Shown: positions 43,772 to 53,496 of the stretch, piece after piece
Numbering within the stretch: position 1 is the first letter of the stretch
Layout: each line of letters begins with the position of its first letter
Assembly (NCBI GenBank): GCA_001800675.1
Contig: MGVW01000035.1
Span: forward strand, 108,501 to 172,500
Direction of reading: 5' to 3'
Source of the DNA: Euryarchaeota archaeon RBG_13_57_23
GTDB lineage: Archaea > Thermoplasmatota > Thermoplasmata > UBA10834
DNA length: 64,000 nucleotides
Position numbers and translations under genes: made by a program
Notes under the pieces: model-generated
The model's input: the letters and a program-made list of their open reading frames with translations, nothing else
Databases searched by the model: none
What the model was told of the DNA's origin: nothing

Positions 43772-44422
43772 TTGATAATCGAATCCGTGTTGAAGGAAGG
43801 GAGGAAGTCGCTCGCGGAGAACGAAGTGAAGGAGTTACTCCGGGAAGCGGGCATCCCGACAACAGATTTCCAGGTCGTATCGCAGTTCGAGGAGCTCGAC
43901 CTGAAGAAGCTCAAATCGCTAGTTGTGCTCAAGGTGTGCTCGCCCACCATCTTGCATAAGACCGATGTGGGAGGGGTCGTCCTCGACGTGCCGAAGGACC
44001 AGCTGGAACAAGAGTTCAGGAAGATGAAGGACAAGTTCCCCGACGACAAGATCCTGGTCGAATCCCACCAGGACAGAAGGGTCGAGGTCATCGTCGGGTT
44101 GATCAATGATCCCACATTCGGGCTGACGATAATGTTCGGCCTTGGCGGGATATACACAGAGGTCTACAAGGACGTCACATTCAGGATCGTGCCAATCAAG
44201 AAAGAAGATGCAGAGGAGATGCTTAAGGAGATCAAAGCGGCGCCGATATTGGAGGGGTTCAGGAGGATCAAGATAGACCGCGACGCGATCATCAACATTC
44301 TCCTGAAGGTGTCTGCTCTCGGCGAGAAGTACATGGACAGAATCGACCAGATGGACCTTAACCCGGTTTTCGTGAGGGAGAAGGGCGCCGCGGTCGTAGA
44401 CGCGAAGCTGCTTTTGAGATGA
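43772..44422 (+). CDS. acdB: ADP-forming acetyl-CoA synthetase, beta subunit (ATP-grasp)
   Basis: TTG start. LAENEVKELLREAGIPTTDFQVV ... HKTDVGGVVLDV. Confidence 0.8.
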   Translation: MIIESVLKEGRKSLAENEVKELLREAGIPTTDFQVVSQFEELDLKKLKSLVVLKVCSPTILHKTDVGGVVLDVPKDQLEQEFRKMKDKFPDDKILVESHQDRRVEVIVGLINDPTFGLTIMFGLGGIYTEVYKDVTFRIVPIKKEDAEEMLKEIKAAPILEGFRRIKIDRDAIINILLKVSALGEKYMDRIDQMDLNPVFVREKGAAVVDAKLLLR

Positions 44423-44495
44423 GATGGCAGGGACAGAGACCGTGCGCTCGAGGTGTTGGTAACTGATCGCAAGAGGGGGTCGCAAATTCGTCGGC

Positions 44496-45062
44496 ATGAG
44501 CGCGATCGCGTCGGCCGCCTCATTGCCATTCTTCGTGCCGCTATCGGCAGCGTTCATCTGCTTGACTGTCTTTTTCGCCGCGGTTTTCAGGGACCCGCCC
44601 CGCAAGATCGGCAGCGGCATCGTCTCCCCGGCAGACGGGACGGTCAGGGAGATCGACCCTGAGAAGGGCCTCGTGTCCATCTATCTGGCTCTGAGGAACG
44701 TCCATGTGACCCGAGCGCCATTCGACGCGACCATCGTGAAGGCGGTCCGAGTCAGAGGCAAGCACAAACCAGCGTTTTCGAAGTCAACTCCATCGAATGA
44801 GCGCGTGGAGATCGACCTCCGGACGACCATCGGTGACATGTCGATTGTGCAGATGACCGGGGCGATTGCGCGCAGAATCGTGCTCTACGTCAAAGAGGGG
44901 CAGCCTCTCGCGAAAGGGGAGAAACTGAGCCTGATAAGGTTCGGGTCGAGGGTGGACCTGCGCTTGCCTCCCGAGCAAGTCCAGATACTCGTCCAGAAGG
45001 GACAGAAGCTGTACGCTGGCAAGACCTGCATCGCGGAGGTAAGAGATGGCACCTTGGACTAA
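44496..45062 (+). CDS. asd: archaetidylserine/phosphatidylserine decarboxylase proenzyme
   Basis: SPADGTV, and the self-cleavage context LIRFGSRVDL (G-S). Confidence 0.85.
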   Translation: MSAIASAASLPFFVPLSAAFICLTVFFAAVFRDPPRKIGSGIVSPADGTVREIDPEKGLVSIYLALRNVHVTRAPFDATIVKAVRVRGKHKPAFSKSTPSNERVEIDLRTTIGDMSIVQMTGAIARRIVLYVKEGQPLAKGEKLSLIRFGSRVDLRLPPEQVQILVQKGQKLYAGKTCIAEVRDGTLD

Positions 45063-45813
45063 GGTCTCGCCAGCGGATCTCTTCACGATCGCGAACGGGG
45101 TGCTCGGGTTCGTCGCGATAACGTACATCCTGGACAGCAAGTTCCTTGCGGCGACCGGTCTGCTTCTGCTATCGATGGTCATGGACGGGCTTGACGGATA
45201 CATCGCGCGCAAATTCGGGAGCAAGCACTCTCGTGGACAGGTGTTGGACTCGATATCCGATTCCATCTCGTTCGCCTTCGCCCCCGCCCTGCTGATCTAC
45301 GCAGAGTTCCACAACCCGGACAGCTCTTTCGCGGAGAATGTGATATCGCAAATCTGCGCGATCTCGATACTCGCGACAGGGCTCTTCAGGCTTGCACGGT
45401 TCAGCGCAGGAGGGTACCAACTGTCCTACTTCGTGGGAATGCCCGCACCCGCAGCCGCGCTGGTCATCCTGTTGCTCTGTCTGTTGTTCGGCACGCAAGA
45501 CGGCGCAGAGGGTCCATCGTACTACTTCACCTTCGGGGTCGTCTCCCCACTCGTGCTCGGCTTAGGATTCCTTGTCAGCTTTCTCATGGCCTCGGAGATA
45601 GCCTATCCCAAGCCTCATGGGAAGATGGCCCTCGCGACAGGCATCGGTCTGCTACTGGCCCTTCTGCCGTTCGTCGCTGGCCTCGCACTGCTCAGCAACC
45701 AATCCTTATATACAGCGTTCTCACGTACCGCCACGAGCATCGCGCTGGCGCTGGCTCTTGTCTACGTCTTCGGGGGACCTGTTTATGAGAAACTCAAGGG
45801 AAGCAGAAGCTGA
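45046..45813 (+). CDS. pssA: CDP-alcohol phosphatidyltransferase (archaetidylserine synthase-like)
   Basis: DGLDGYIARKFGSKHSRGQVLDSISD fits D-G-x2-A-R-x8-G-x3-D-x3-D. Overlaps asd by 17 nt. Confidence 0.85.
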   Translation: MAPWTKVSPADLFTIANGVLGFVAITYILDSKFLAATGLLLLSMVMDGLDGYIARKFGSKHSRGQVLDSISDSISFAFAPALLIYAEFHNPDSSFAENVISQICAISILATGLFRLARFSAGGYQLSYFVGMPAPAAALVILLLCLLFGTQDGAEGPSYYFTFGVVSPLVLGLGFLVSFLMASEIAYPKPHGKMALATGIGLLLALLPFVAGLALLSNQSLYTAFSRTATSIALALALVYVFGGPVYEKLKGSRS

Positions 45814-46171
45814 TAGTCACTTCTCTTGCTCCGATTCCGAGAGGGCGTCGTTCGAGGCAGGGATCAAGCTCGGAACGATATACCACCAGTTCGTAGGTGT
45901 GCCACTAAGCGCGGAGAACGTCGAGACCCTCGAAAGAGCCATCGAGGCGGGAAGTATGGTCCAGCCATTCGTCGAGAGTGTCAAGGTCCGAATTGACAGA
46001 TCGCAGCTTAAGAAGAAGCGGGGACAGTACGACTACATCTCCCTCACCGGCGACATGCTCGACGTGACGATCTCTGTGAGGTACAAGACCGCGAGAGTCA
46101 GGGCCACAATGAGGCTGGACAAGAAGATGAACTATCCGCTCATGTTCATCGATAGGACCGAACAGGCATAG
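45785..46171 (+). CDS. mptD: archaeal dihydroneopterin aldolase (MptD family)
   Basis: ERASFEAGIKLGTIYHQFVGVPLS ... VQPFVESVKVRID ... NYPLMFI matches my recollection of the MptD/PF04038 consensus. The internal ATG overlaps the pssA end by 29 nt. Confidence 0.6.
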   Translation: MRNSREAEADSHFSCSDSERASFEAGIKLGTIYHQFVGVPLSAENVETLERAIEAGSMVQPFVESVKVRIDRSQLKKKRGQYDYISLTGDMLDVTISVRYKTARVRATMRLDKKMNYPLMFIDRTEQA

Positions 46172-46282
46172 GAAGGATTCTTGGGGATGCTACGCTGGCC
46201 TACTGGATTTGAAGATATATGACACACATTATATATTTGATTGACCATACAGAAATCGTTTCTTTGGGAGCCTGATCACAAT

Positions 46283-46828
46283 ATGGGGAGAGGCATAAAG
46301 GTCGGCATCACGGGCCTTCCGGGTGCTGGAAAGACGCAGGCCCTCATCAAGGTCATTGAGATGCTTGAGGAGGAGAGCCTTGTCGTCGGCGGAATGGTCA
46401 CCGAGCCGATCGTCGAGAGTGGCAAGAGGGTCGGGTTCTACGTAATGGACTGGAAGAGCAAGCGGAAGGCCATCTTCGCGCACATTGAGACCGAATCAAA
46501 GTTCTACGTCGGCAAGTATGGGGTCAACCTAGAGAGTTTGGATACGGTCGGTGTCGAGGCGCTCAACGACGCGACCAAGAACGCGGACGTCATAGTCATC
46601 GACGAGGTGGGCAAGATGGAGGTGGAGTCCGAGAAGTTCGTCAAAGCCGTCAAGGACGCCATGGAGGTCGACAAGCCCATCATACTCACGCTCCACAAGA
46701 AGTCCAGGAACCCGTTGCTCCAGGACATAAGGAGAAGGGATGATGTGAGGATCCTGGAGGTCACGCCCATCAACAGGAACCTCCTCCCGTACAAGATCAT
46801 CAAACTGATGAAGGGCGAGTACGTTTGA
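46283..46828 (+). CDS. nucleoside-triphosphatase THEP1/COG1618
   Basis: MGRGIKVGITGLPGAGKTQ (P-loop), VIVIDEVGKME (Walker B). Confidence 0.8.
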   Translation: MGRGIKVGITGLPGAGKTQALIKVIEMLEEESLVVGGMVTEPIVESGKRVGFYVMDWKSKRKAIFAHIETESKFYVGKYGVNLESLDTVGVEALNDATKNADVIVIDEVGKMEVESEKFVKAVKDAMEVDKPIILTLHKKSRNPLLQDIRRRDDVRILEVTPINRNLLPYKIIKLMKGEYV

Positions 46829-47967
46829 ACTCTCCCGGGCTCGCGACGGTGAGAGAGGGTGTCACGGACCTCCTCGTCCCCGAAGGATTCTCGAGGAAGG
46901 GCCCGGGAACCAAGACCGGAGAGGTGTTCTACAACAGGCAGATGGAATTCGGACGGGACATCTCCGTGATGTTCGGCCGGGCCACTCTGAAGGAGGGCCA
47001 GAGGATACTGGACGGGCTCGCCGCCTCTGGGGCGCGCGGCCTCAGGATGGCGAACGAGTGCGGCGTCCGAGCGGATTTCGAGTTGAACGACAGGGATCTC
47101 AGGGCCGCGGTCCTCATGAAGCAGAACGCCGAGATGAACAGCCTCGGCCATGTGAAAATCCATTGCAGGGACCTCAGGAGCCTGCTGGCCGAGGAGCAGT
47201 TCGATTACATCGACATCGATCCTTTTGGGACGCCGGTCGACTTCATCGATGCGGCGGTTCAGAGCTGCAAGAACAATGGCATCATCGCCATAACCGCAAC
47301 CGACACCGCTCCCCTTTACGGCACCTACCCGAAGACTTGCTTCAGAAGGTACGGTTCACTCTCGAGCAGATCCCCATTCGCCCACGAGACCGGACTAAGG
47401 ATACTGATCGGGTTCATCGTAAGGGAGGCAGCGAAGCACGATCGAGCGGTCGAGCCACTACTCTGCTTCCATGCAGATCACTACTTCAGGTGCCATGCGA
47501 GGATAAGGAATGGAGCGGCCAGGGCCGATGCGGCGATCAAGGGTTTGGGATACGTAGTCTATGACCGGAAGACCATGAAGAGACAGGTACTGGAGGACCT
47601 GCCCAAGAAGAACTACGCCGGCCCAATCTGGGCGCGTGCAATGTTCTCGCCAGAGATTGTGAAGAAGATGAAAGCGACGGGCGACTTGGGCACTTCCCCG
47701 AGATGTGCCAAGATGCTGGAAGCCTGGTCGGAAGAGATGGCGATGGGGCCAGGGTATTACGTGATGGACGACCTCGCACGCAAGACGAAGCTCGCGCCGC
47801 CCAAGCTCCAGGAATTCGTGGGTTTCCTGCGCGAGAGTGGGGCGCAGGCGTCGAGGACCCATTTCGATCCCAAGGGCATCAAGACAGACCTCGGCGCATC
47901 CGAGCTGCTGAAGCTCTACAAGAAACATTCGAAACGGACCTCCAGCAGGCGCAAATCGAATGTTTAA
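46825..47967 (+). CDS. trm1: tRNA (guanine26-N2)-dimethyltransferase
   Basis: TTG start overlapping the upstream stop. VFYNRQMEFGRDISV and IDIDPFGTP motifs. Confidence 0.88.
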   Translation: MNSPGLATVREGVTDLLVPEGFSRKGPGTKTGEVFYNRQMEFGRDISVMFGRATLKEGQRILDGLAASGARGLRMANECGVRADFELNDRDLRAAVLMKQNAEMNSLGHVKIHCRDLRSLLAEEQFDYIDIDPFGTPVDFIDAAVQSCKNNGIIAITATDTAPLYGTYPKTCFRRYGSLSSRSPFAHETGLRILIGFIVREAAKHDRAVEPLLCFHADHYFRCHARIRNGAARADAAIKGLGYVVYDRKTMKRQVLEDLPKKNYAGPIWARAMFSPEIVKKMKATGDLGTSPRCAKMLEAWSEEMAMGPGYYVMDDLARKTKLAPPKLQEFVGFLRESGAQASRTHFDPKGIKTDLGASELLKLYKKHSKRTSSRRKSNV

Positions 47968-47999
47968 ATACGAGACCCAGGCATGCGCGTACTGAGACG

Positions 48000-49307
48000 A
48001 TGCCGTCGCTTGTGATAATCGGCTCTCAGTGGGGGGACGAAGGGAAAGGCAAGATCGTGGACTACCTCGCCAACGAAGCTCACGTCGTCGTGCGCTTCCA
48101 GGGAGGGAACAACGCTGGTCACAGCGTCAAGATAGGCGAGGAACTCTTTGCGCTCCACCACGTTCCCTCGGGGATCCTGAGGCCTGGCAAGCTCGCGGTC
48201 ATCGGCAATGGGGTCGTCATAGACCCAAATGTGCTCATAGGTGAGCTGGACAGTCTCACGTCTAGGGGGATCAAGGTCTCGAACCTCCGGATCAGCGACC
48301 GCGCTCACGTGATAATGCCATATCATCGCATGCTCGACGGTGCAGAGGAGAAGATGAAGAAGGGTGCCAAGGTCGGGACGACTGGGCGAGGTATCGGTCC
48401 CTGCTATTCCGACAAGGTATCGCGGCTCGGAGTGCGGATGGGCGATCTATTAGACCCGCAGCTGCTCGCCGAGAAGCTCGACTTCCTCGTCCCGCTGAAG
48501 CAGAGGGTCTTTGACGCATACGGAGACCCGAACAAACTGGATCTCGAGGCGATCAAGACGGAGTATGCAGCCTACGGCATCAGGCTGAAAGCGTATGTCA
48601 CGGACACAGGCGCCATCGTGGAGACCGCGCTTCACAAGAAAAAGAGAGTGCTCTTCGAAGGTGCCCAAGGCACGATTCTGGATATCGACCATGGCACCTA
48701 TCCTTTCGTCACATCGTCGACGACGGTCGCGGGGAATGCGGCCTCAGGCTCCGGCATTTCGCCCCTTATGCTCGACGATGTCTACGGCGTGGTCAAGGCC
48801 TATACGACCAGAGTAGGCGAAGGGCCGTTCCCGACGGAGCTGCATGATTCAATGGGAAGCAAGATCGCCCAGAAAGGCGGGGAGTTCGGAACGACCACGG
48901 GCAGGGCCAGGCGCTGCGGTTGGTTGGACCTCGTGGTCACCAAATATGCCAATTCGCTCTCAGGGTTCACCGGGATAGCGATGACCAAGATAGACGTCCT
49001 CTCAGGGTTCGACGAGCTGAAGGTGTGCACGCACTACATGCTCGACGGGAAGAAAGTGACAAGGATCCCGGCAGACCTCAGACAGCTGGCGAGATGCGAG
49101 CCCAAGTATCAGACACTGCGCGGATGGGAGGACATCGATGAAAAGGAGATGACCAAGATCCTCAAGAAGGGCTACTCCGAGCTGCCTCGGAACATGAAGA
49201 GGTATGTGCAATTCGTCGAGAAACAGATCGGAGTGCGCGTGGTGCTCCTCGGGCTCGGACGACGCAGGAACGAGATCCTAGACCTGAGAAAGGGGAAATG
49301 GAAGTAG
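48000..49307 (+). CDS. purA: adenylosuccinate synthetase
   Basis: MPSLVIIGSQWGDEGKGKIVDYLA at ATG 48000. The track extension overlaps trm1. Confidence 0.95.
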   Translation: MPSLVIIGSQWGDEGKGKIVDYLANEAHVVVRFQGGNNAGHSVKIGEELFALHHVPSGILRPGKLAVIGNGVVIDPNVLIGELDSLTSRGIKVSNLRISDRAHVIMPYHRMLDGAEEKMKKGAKVGTTGRGIGPCYSDKVSRLGVRMGDLLDPQLLAEKLDFLVPLKQRVFDAYGDPNKLDLEAIKTEYAAYGIRLKAYVTDTGAIVETALHKKKRVLFEGAQGTILDIDHGTYPFVTSSTTVAGNAASGSGISPLMLDDVYGVVKAYTTRVGEGPFPTELHDSMGSKIAQKGGEFGTTTGRARRCGWLDLVVTKYANSLSGFTGIAMTKIDVLSGFDELKVCTHYMLDGKKVTRIPADLRQLARCEPKYQTLRGWEDIDEKEMTKILKKGYSELPRNMKRYVQFVEKQIGVRVVLLGLGRRRNEILDLRKGKWK

Positions 49308-49404
49308 GAACGCACTGGTTTTTCAGCTGCCAGATCACTGATCTGGCATGCCAGTTTGCGCCCACCCATCAACATTAAATAAGCCTCCAATCATCCTTGC
49401 ACAG

Positions 49405-51732
49405 ATGCGCCGGCTAATCGTCACAGAGAAAAATCACGCCGCGCGGAGAATTGCCCTGATACTCTCCGACAACACTCACAAAACGCAGACGAACGGCGGC
49501 GTTCAAGTCCTTTCCTTCTCTCGTGGCAAGGACCAGTACTTCGTCATCGGCCTACGAGGGCACATCATTCTGCTTGATTATCCGGAGAGGTACAACAATT
49601 GGGACTCGGTCCCCCCGAAGGAGCTGGTCTATGCGAAACCGGAGAAGACTGTCGACCCTTCGGCCAAGAAGATAATGAACGCGCTGAAGGACCTCGCATC
49701 CGGCGCCGACGAGATAATCGTCGCGACGGACTACGACCGCGAAGGGGAGCTCATCGGCGCGGAGGCACTCGATCAAGCCGAGGCCAAGGGAACCATACGG
49801 AGGGCCAGATTCAGCGCTTTGACGAAGGGGGAGATCGAAAAGGCGTTCTCAGAGCTCACGGATCTCGACCGCAAGCTCGCCTCAGCCGCAGAGACCAGGC
49901 AGCTCATCGACCTCGCATGGGGGGCCTCCCTCACGAGGTTCATTTCGCTCGCGTCGGGACAGCTGGGCAAGGACTTCCTCTCTGTCGGAAGGGTCCAGAG
50001 CCCGACTCTCGCGCTCATCGTGGACAGAGAACGGGAGATCTCCGCCTTCAACCCTACACCCTACTGGCTGGTCAACGCGGACCTCCGGAAGGAGATGCAG
50101 TTCAAGGCGTCACACAAGAACGGCAAGTTCACCGACAAGAACCAAGCCCATGCCGCAGTCACGAAGGCGAAGACCGCGAAGACGGGCACAGTGAAGGAGT
50201 TCCAGGAATCCGAGAACGAAGAGTGGCCTCCGATACCGTTCAGCACAACCGCCTTCCTGATGGAAGCGAACAAGATCGGCCTCACTCCCGCTCAGGCGAT
50301 GAAGATCGCCGAGGACCTTTACACCGATGGATACATCTCATACCCCAGGACGGACAACACGGTCTATCCTCCGTCTCTGAGCCTCCGGAACATACTGGAG
50401 AAGCTGAAGAAGTCAGAGTTCTCGAAAGAGGCGGAGGAGCTGCTTGAACAGGAGACCTTGCGGCCGTCCAGGGGAAAGAAGAGCACGACCGACCATCCGC
50501 CGATTTATCCAGTGGAAGCGGCGAAGAAGGGAGAACTGAAAGGACACTACTGGGACGTCTACGAGCTGGTCACTAGGCGGTTTCTCGCATCTGTCGCGCC
50601 ATTGTGCAGGACGCTGATCACCAAGGTCGATGTGGACATCGGGGGAGAGCCGTTCATGAGCGAGGGCTACATCGTAACCTTCCCCGGGTGGCGCAAGTAC
50701 TATCCATACTATAGATACACAGAGGTCAAGCTCCCGAAACTCGCCGCGGGCGATTCGGTCGAGGTCCTACGGGTCCATTCGACTGAGAAGAAGACGACGC
50801 CACCTGAGAGATACTCCCAGGGCTCGCTCGTGAAGAAGATGGAGGATGTGGGCCTGGGTACGAAGAGCACCCGACACGAGACGATCCAGAAGCTGTACGA
50901 CCGCGGGTTCGTGAAAGGTGCCAGGATCCTGGAGCCGACCGAGAGCGGCGTCGCAGTCATCGGAGCCCTTGAGAGGCACGCAAACGACATCACGAGCGTC
51001 AAGATGACTTCCCACCTCGAGACCGACATGGACATGATTGCAGGCGGAGAGCTGGAGCAGGCCGAGGTCGTCGAGGAGAGCCAGGCGATGCTGGAAGACA
51101 TCATGACGGTTCTGGAGAAGAACAAGAGACAGATCGGGGACGACATAAAGAGGGCCCTGAGAGAACAGCACACGCTCGGGCATTGCTCCAAGTGCGAGAC
51201 CGGCCACCTCATACAGATCAGGATGAAGAATGGGAGCAGCTTCGCCGGATGCACGAACTACCCCGAATGCAGGAACACTTACCCGTTGCCCCATGGCATG
51301 CTCATCCTCGCCACCGACGACAAGTGCGAAGTCTGCGGGGGACCCAAGGTGAAGACGATCGCGAAGGGACAGGCACCGATCGTGGTCTGCATCGACCCTG
51401 CATGCGCGGGAGCCAAGAAGGAGAGGTACATTGGGAAGTGCCCGCAGTGCGGCGGAGACATAAAGAGCATCCAGTCGAAGAGAGGCAAGAGGTTCGCGGG
51501 ATGCTCGAACTATCCGAAGTGCAAGGCGATATATCCGCTCCCGCAACAGGGGAAGATCATCGCGACTGGCCAGTCCTGCGACGCGTGCAATTCGCCAATT
51601 GTTCAGGTAATGATGTCGAACAAGGGCAGGTGGTCGCTCTGCCTGAACATGAATTGCCCAAAGAAGTCGCAGAAGCAGGGCGCCAGAGAAGACACCGTTG
51701 TTGAGAAAGGAGAGAAGCCTCAGAAGGAATGA
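49405..51732 (+). CDS. topA: type IA DNA topoisomerase with four C-terminal Zn-ribbons
   Basis: MRRLIVTEKNHAARRIA (Toprim); ISYPRTDN contains the active-site Tyr context; four CxxC...CxxC modules in the C-terminal 230 aa. Confidence 0.9.
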   Translation: MRRLIVTEKNHAARRIALILSDNTHKTQTNGGVQVLSFSRGKDQYFVIGLRGHIILLDYPERYNNWDSVPPKELVYAKPEKTVDPSAKKIMNALKDLASGADEIIVATDYDREGELIGAEALDQAEAKGTIRRARFSALTKGEIEKAFSELTDLDRKLASAAETRQLIDLAWGASLTRFISLASGQLGKDFLSVGRVQSPTLALIVDREREISAFNPTPYWLVNADLRKEMQFKASHKNGKFTDKNQAHAAVTKAKTAKTGTVKEFQESENEEWPPIPFSTTAFLMEANKIGLTPAQAMKIAEDLYTDGYISYPRTDNTVYPPSLSLRNILEKLKKSEFSKEAEELLEQETLRPSRGKKSTTDHPPIYPVEAAKKGELKGHYWDVYELVTRRFLASVAPLCRTLITKVDVDIGGEPFMSEGYIVTFPGWRKYYPYYRYTEVKLPKLAAGDSVEVLRVHSTEKKTTPPERYSQGSLVKKMEDVGLGTKSTRHETIQKLYDRGFVKGARILEPTESGVAVIGALERHANDITSVKMTSHLETDMDMIAGGELEQAEVVEESQAMLEDIMTVLEKNKRQIGDDIKRALREQHTLGHCSKCETGHLIQIRMKNGSSFAGCTNYPECRNTYPLPHGMLILATDDKCEVCGGPKVKTIAKGQAPIVVCIDPACAGAKKERYIGKCPQCGGDIKSIQSKRGKRFAGCSNYPKCKAIYPLPQQGKIIATGQSCDACNSPIVQVMMSNKGRWSLCLNMNCPKKSQKQGAREDTVVEKGEKPQKE

Positions 51733-51751
51733 ACCGGCCGGCCCAAGTCGG

Positions 51752-52165
51752 CTATGGTGGAGGCGGTTCTTCCTCTGCAGGCGGCTCGGGAGTGACCGGC
51801 TCCTCGACTGGTTCCTCCTCGGACTTGCGGACTTCCTTGACCGGGGGGATGCCCAGTTTCTTCTCGATTGCCCCGAGCCGCTTCATGACGTCCAAGAGGC
51901 TGTACCTGTGTTCGGAGAAACTCAGTGCGATCGTGAGCACCGCGTCTACGAACAGCCACGCGACCAGTATCCACAGGAGTATCGTGAGCAACGTCCACGT
52001 CCCCTCAAAGACGACTTCGAGACTGGACTCTATCGCGGTCTTGAGGTCGTCGACGAGCCGGTCCGCGTAGATCAGGATCACGATACCGATGATAATCAGG
52101 AAGACTGCCTTGACCCACCGAGCTGCCATCTGAGGAGTTACTTTCAGCATCCCACCTGGCTCCAA
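51752..52165 (-). CDS. small membrane protein with Pro/Glu-rich C-terminal tail
   Basis: Two to three TM segments. The tail is EEEPVEEPVTPEPPAEEEPPPP. No family recognised. Confidence 0.45.
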   Translation of the reverse strand: MEPGGMLKVTPQMAARWVKAVFLIIIGIVILIYADRLVDDLKTAIESSLEVVFEGTWTLLTILLWILVAWLFVDAVLTIALSFSEHRYSLLDVMKRLGAIEKKLGIPPVKEVRKSEEEPVEEPVTPEPPAEEEPPPP

Positions 52166-52211
52166 TATTGTCTGGTGGATATTTACAGATTGCCGTGTCC
52201 AGGGAGTCCGG

Positions 52212-53261
52212 CTATGCCAGCAGGAGGTGCCTCACCGCAGGGCCGTAGTCAAAGGACCTCAGCTCGGTGCACCGATCGAGAGGGAACAGGGTGATCTCGG
52301 GCTTCTCGTCGAACGCCTTGACCTTGTGGTACCATGCGAGTACGCTCTCCAACTTCTCGGCGTACTCAGAGTATCTCGCCAATATGTAGTTCGCCGCGGC
52401 CTCGTCCGCCTTCGAAAGCGTCAAGAAGGAAAGGTCGAGACACTCCGCGGGCTGGGTCTTCAGCCTCTTCTCCCATGGTATCTCCATGTTGAACTTAGGA
52501 TGCGCCACAGCGCCTATCTCGAACCCCCACTTGTAGAGCCTGGGAATGCAGACTGTGGTCAGCACGCCGTTCTCGGCGAGCTTGTTCCGAATCCTCGTGA
52601 CCGCCTGCCTCGACAGACCGACTTTCGCAGATATCTCCCGGTCCGAGAACCTCGGGTGTTCCACGAGCGCCACCAGCGTCATGCGCTCGGTCTCGCTGAG
52701 ATTCGGGCTCTCGATCTCCGCGGACGTCGGCGGGACCGACTTCGGGGCCGGAACGTCCAGCTTGAAGTGATCATGCACGATGGAAGCGAAATTCGGAACT
52801 TGTGTGCACTTAGAGAGCGCATAAGGGAAGAACGCGCTAGTCATCTTCGCCTTTGAGGAGCGTCTTGAGCCCGTGAAGAACGAGTTGTGGCTCTGAGTGA
52901 ATCCGTCGAACTCCGTCGCATTCTTCAGGGCCGTGTAGAGCACGACCGAAGTCCCCCCTATCATGCCGTGGTATATCTGGGGGCTCTTCGAGGCGAACTC
53001 GATGTAATGGTTGACCCTCGTGTCGGCCCTCTCGGACGGTTCGGTTGTTCCGATGTGAAAACCGAGAATTTCGCACCCGAGCTTGCTGAAGGCTGGCACA
53101 TTCGCGTACGTGATTGCACCCGCGTCGAGGAGCCGCCTCCGGATAGACGCTACAGTCCCCTTCTTCAGATTGAAGATGTCGGCGATCTCAGCGTCAGTCC
53201 TAGTCGCATTCTCGACGAGGCCGATAATCACCTGCATCTCGGATTCGAGGAACTTCCACAT
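52212..53261 (-). CDS. tandem wHTH + Lrp/AsnC-like regulator (two full repeats in one polypeptide)
   Basis: Repeat 1: EMQVIIGLVENATRTDAEIADIFNLKKGTVASIRRRLLDAGAITY. Repeat 2: ERMTLVALVEHPRFSDREISAKVGLSRQAVTRIRNKLAENGVLTT. Each is followed by a roughly 80-100-aa Lrp-ligand-domain-like segment. Confidence 0.55.
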   Translation of the reverse strand: MWKFLESEMQVIIGLVENATRTDAEIADIFNLKKGTVASIRRRLLDAGAITYANVPAFSKLGCEILGFHIGTTEPSERADTRVNHYIEFASKSPQIYHGMIGGTSVVLYTALKNATEFDGFTQSHNSFFTGSRRSSKAKMTSAFFPYALSKCTQVPNFASIVHDHFKLDVPAPKSVPPTSAEIESPNLSETERMTLVALVEHPRFSDREISAKVGLSRQAVTRIRNKLAENGVLTTVCIPRLYKWGFEIGAVAHPKFNMEIPWEKRLKTQPAECLDLSFLTLSKADEAAANYILARYSEYAEKLESVLAWYHKVKAFDEKPEITLFPLDRCTELRSFDYGPAVRHLLLA

Positions 53262-53470
53262 CGAGGGGTAATTTGGCGAAAATCAAATAAAATTATCCCT
53301 TACGCAATAATGCTTGTGAATCCGGCAATATGATAGCGTCATTCTATCGAGAATGCCAATCCCGACAAAAAGGGTTATTATCCGGCCAGGGAGTTACGGG
53401 ATGCCATTTTGGCAGACACGCTCTTTTGAAGGAAGAGGAGAGGTGTGACCAAAGGGTGATGCCCAACTGC

Positions 53471-53496
53471 GGTGGAGTCCCCTCCACCCCTTTTTT
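53471..53496 (+). terminator. orphan hairpin plus T6
   Basis: GGTGGAG-TCCC-CTCCACC, then CC and TTTTTT. No confidently called plus-strand gene ends here. Confidence 0.35.

Noticed and set aside
47703-47999. 99-aa N-terminal extension of purA
   Set aside because: It overlaps the trm1 3' end in another frame. The canonical PurA N-terminus begins at ATG 48000.
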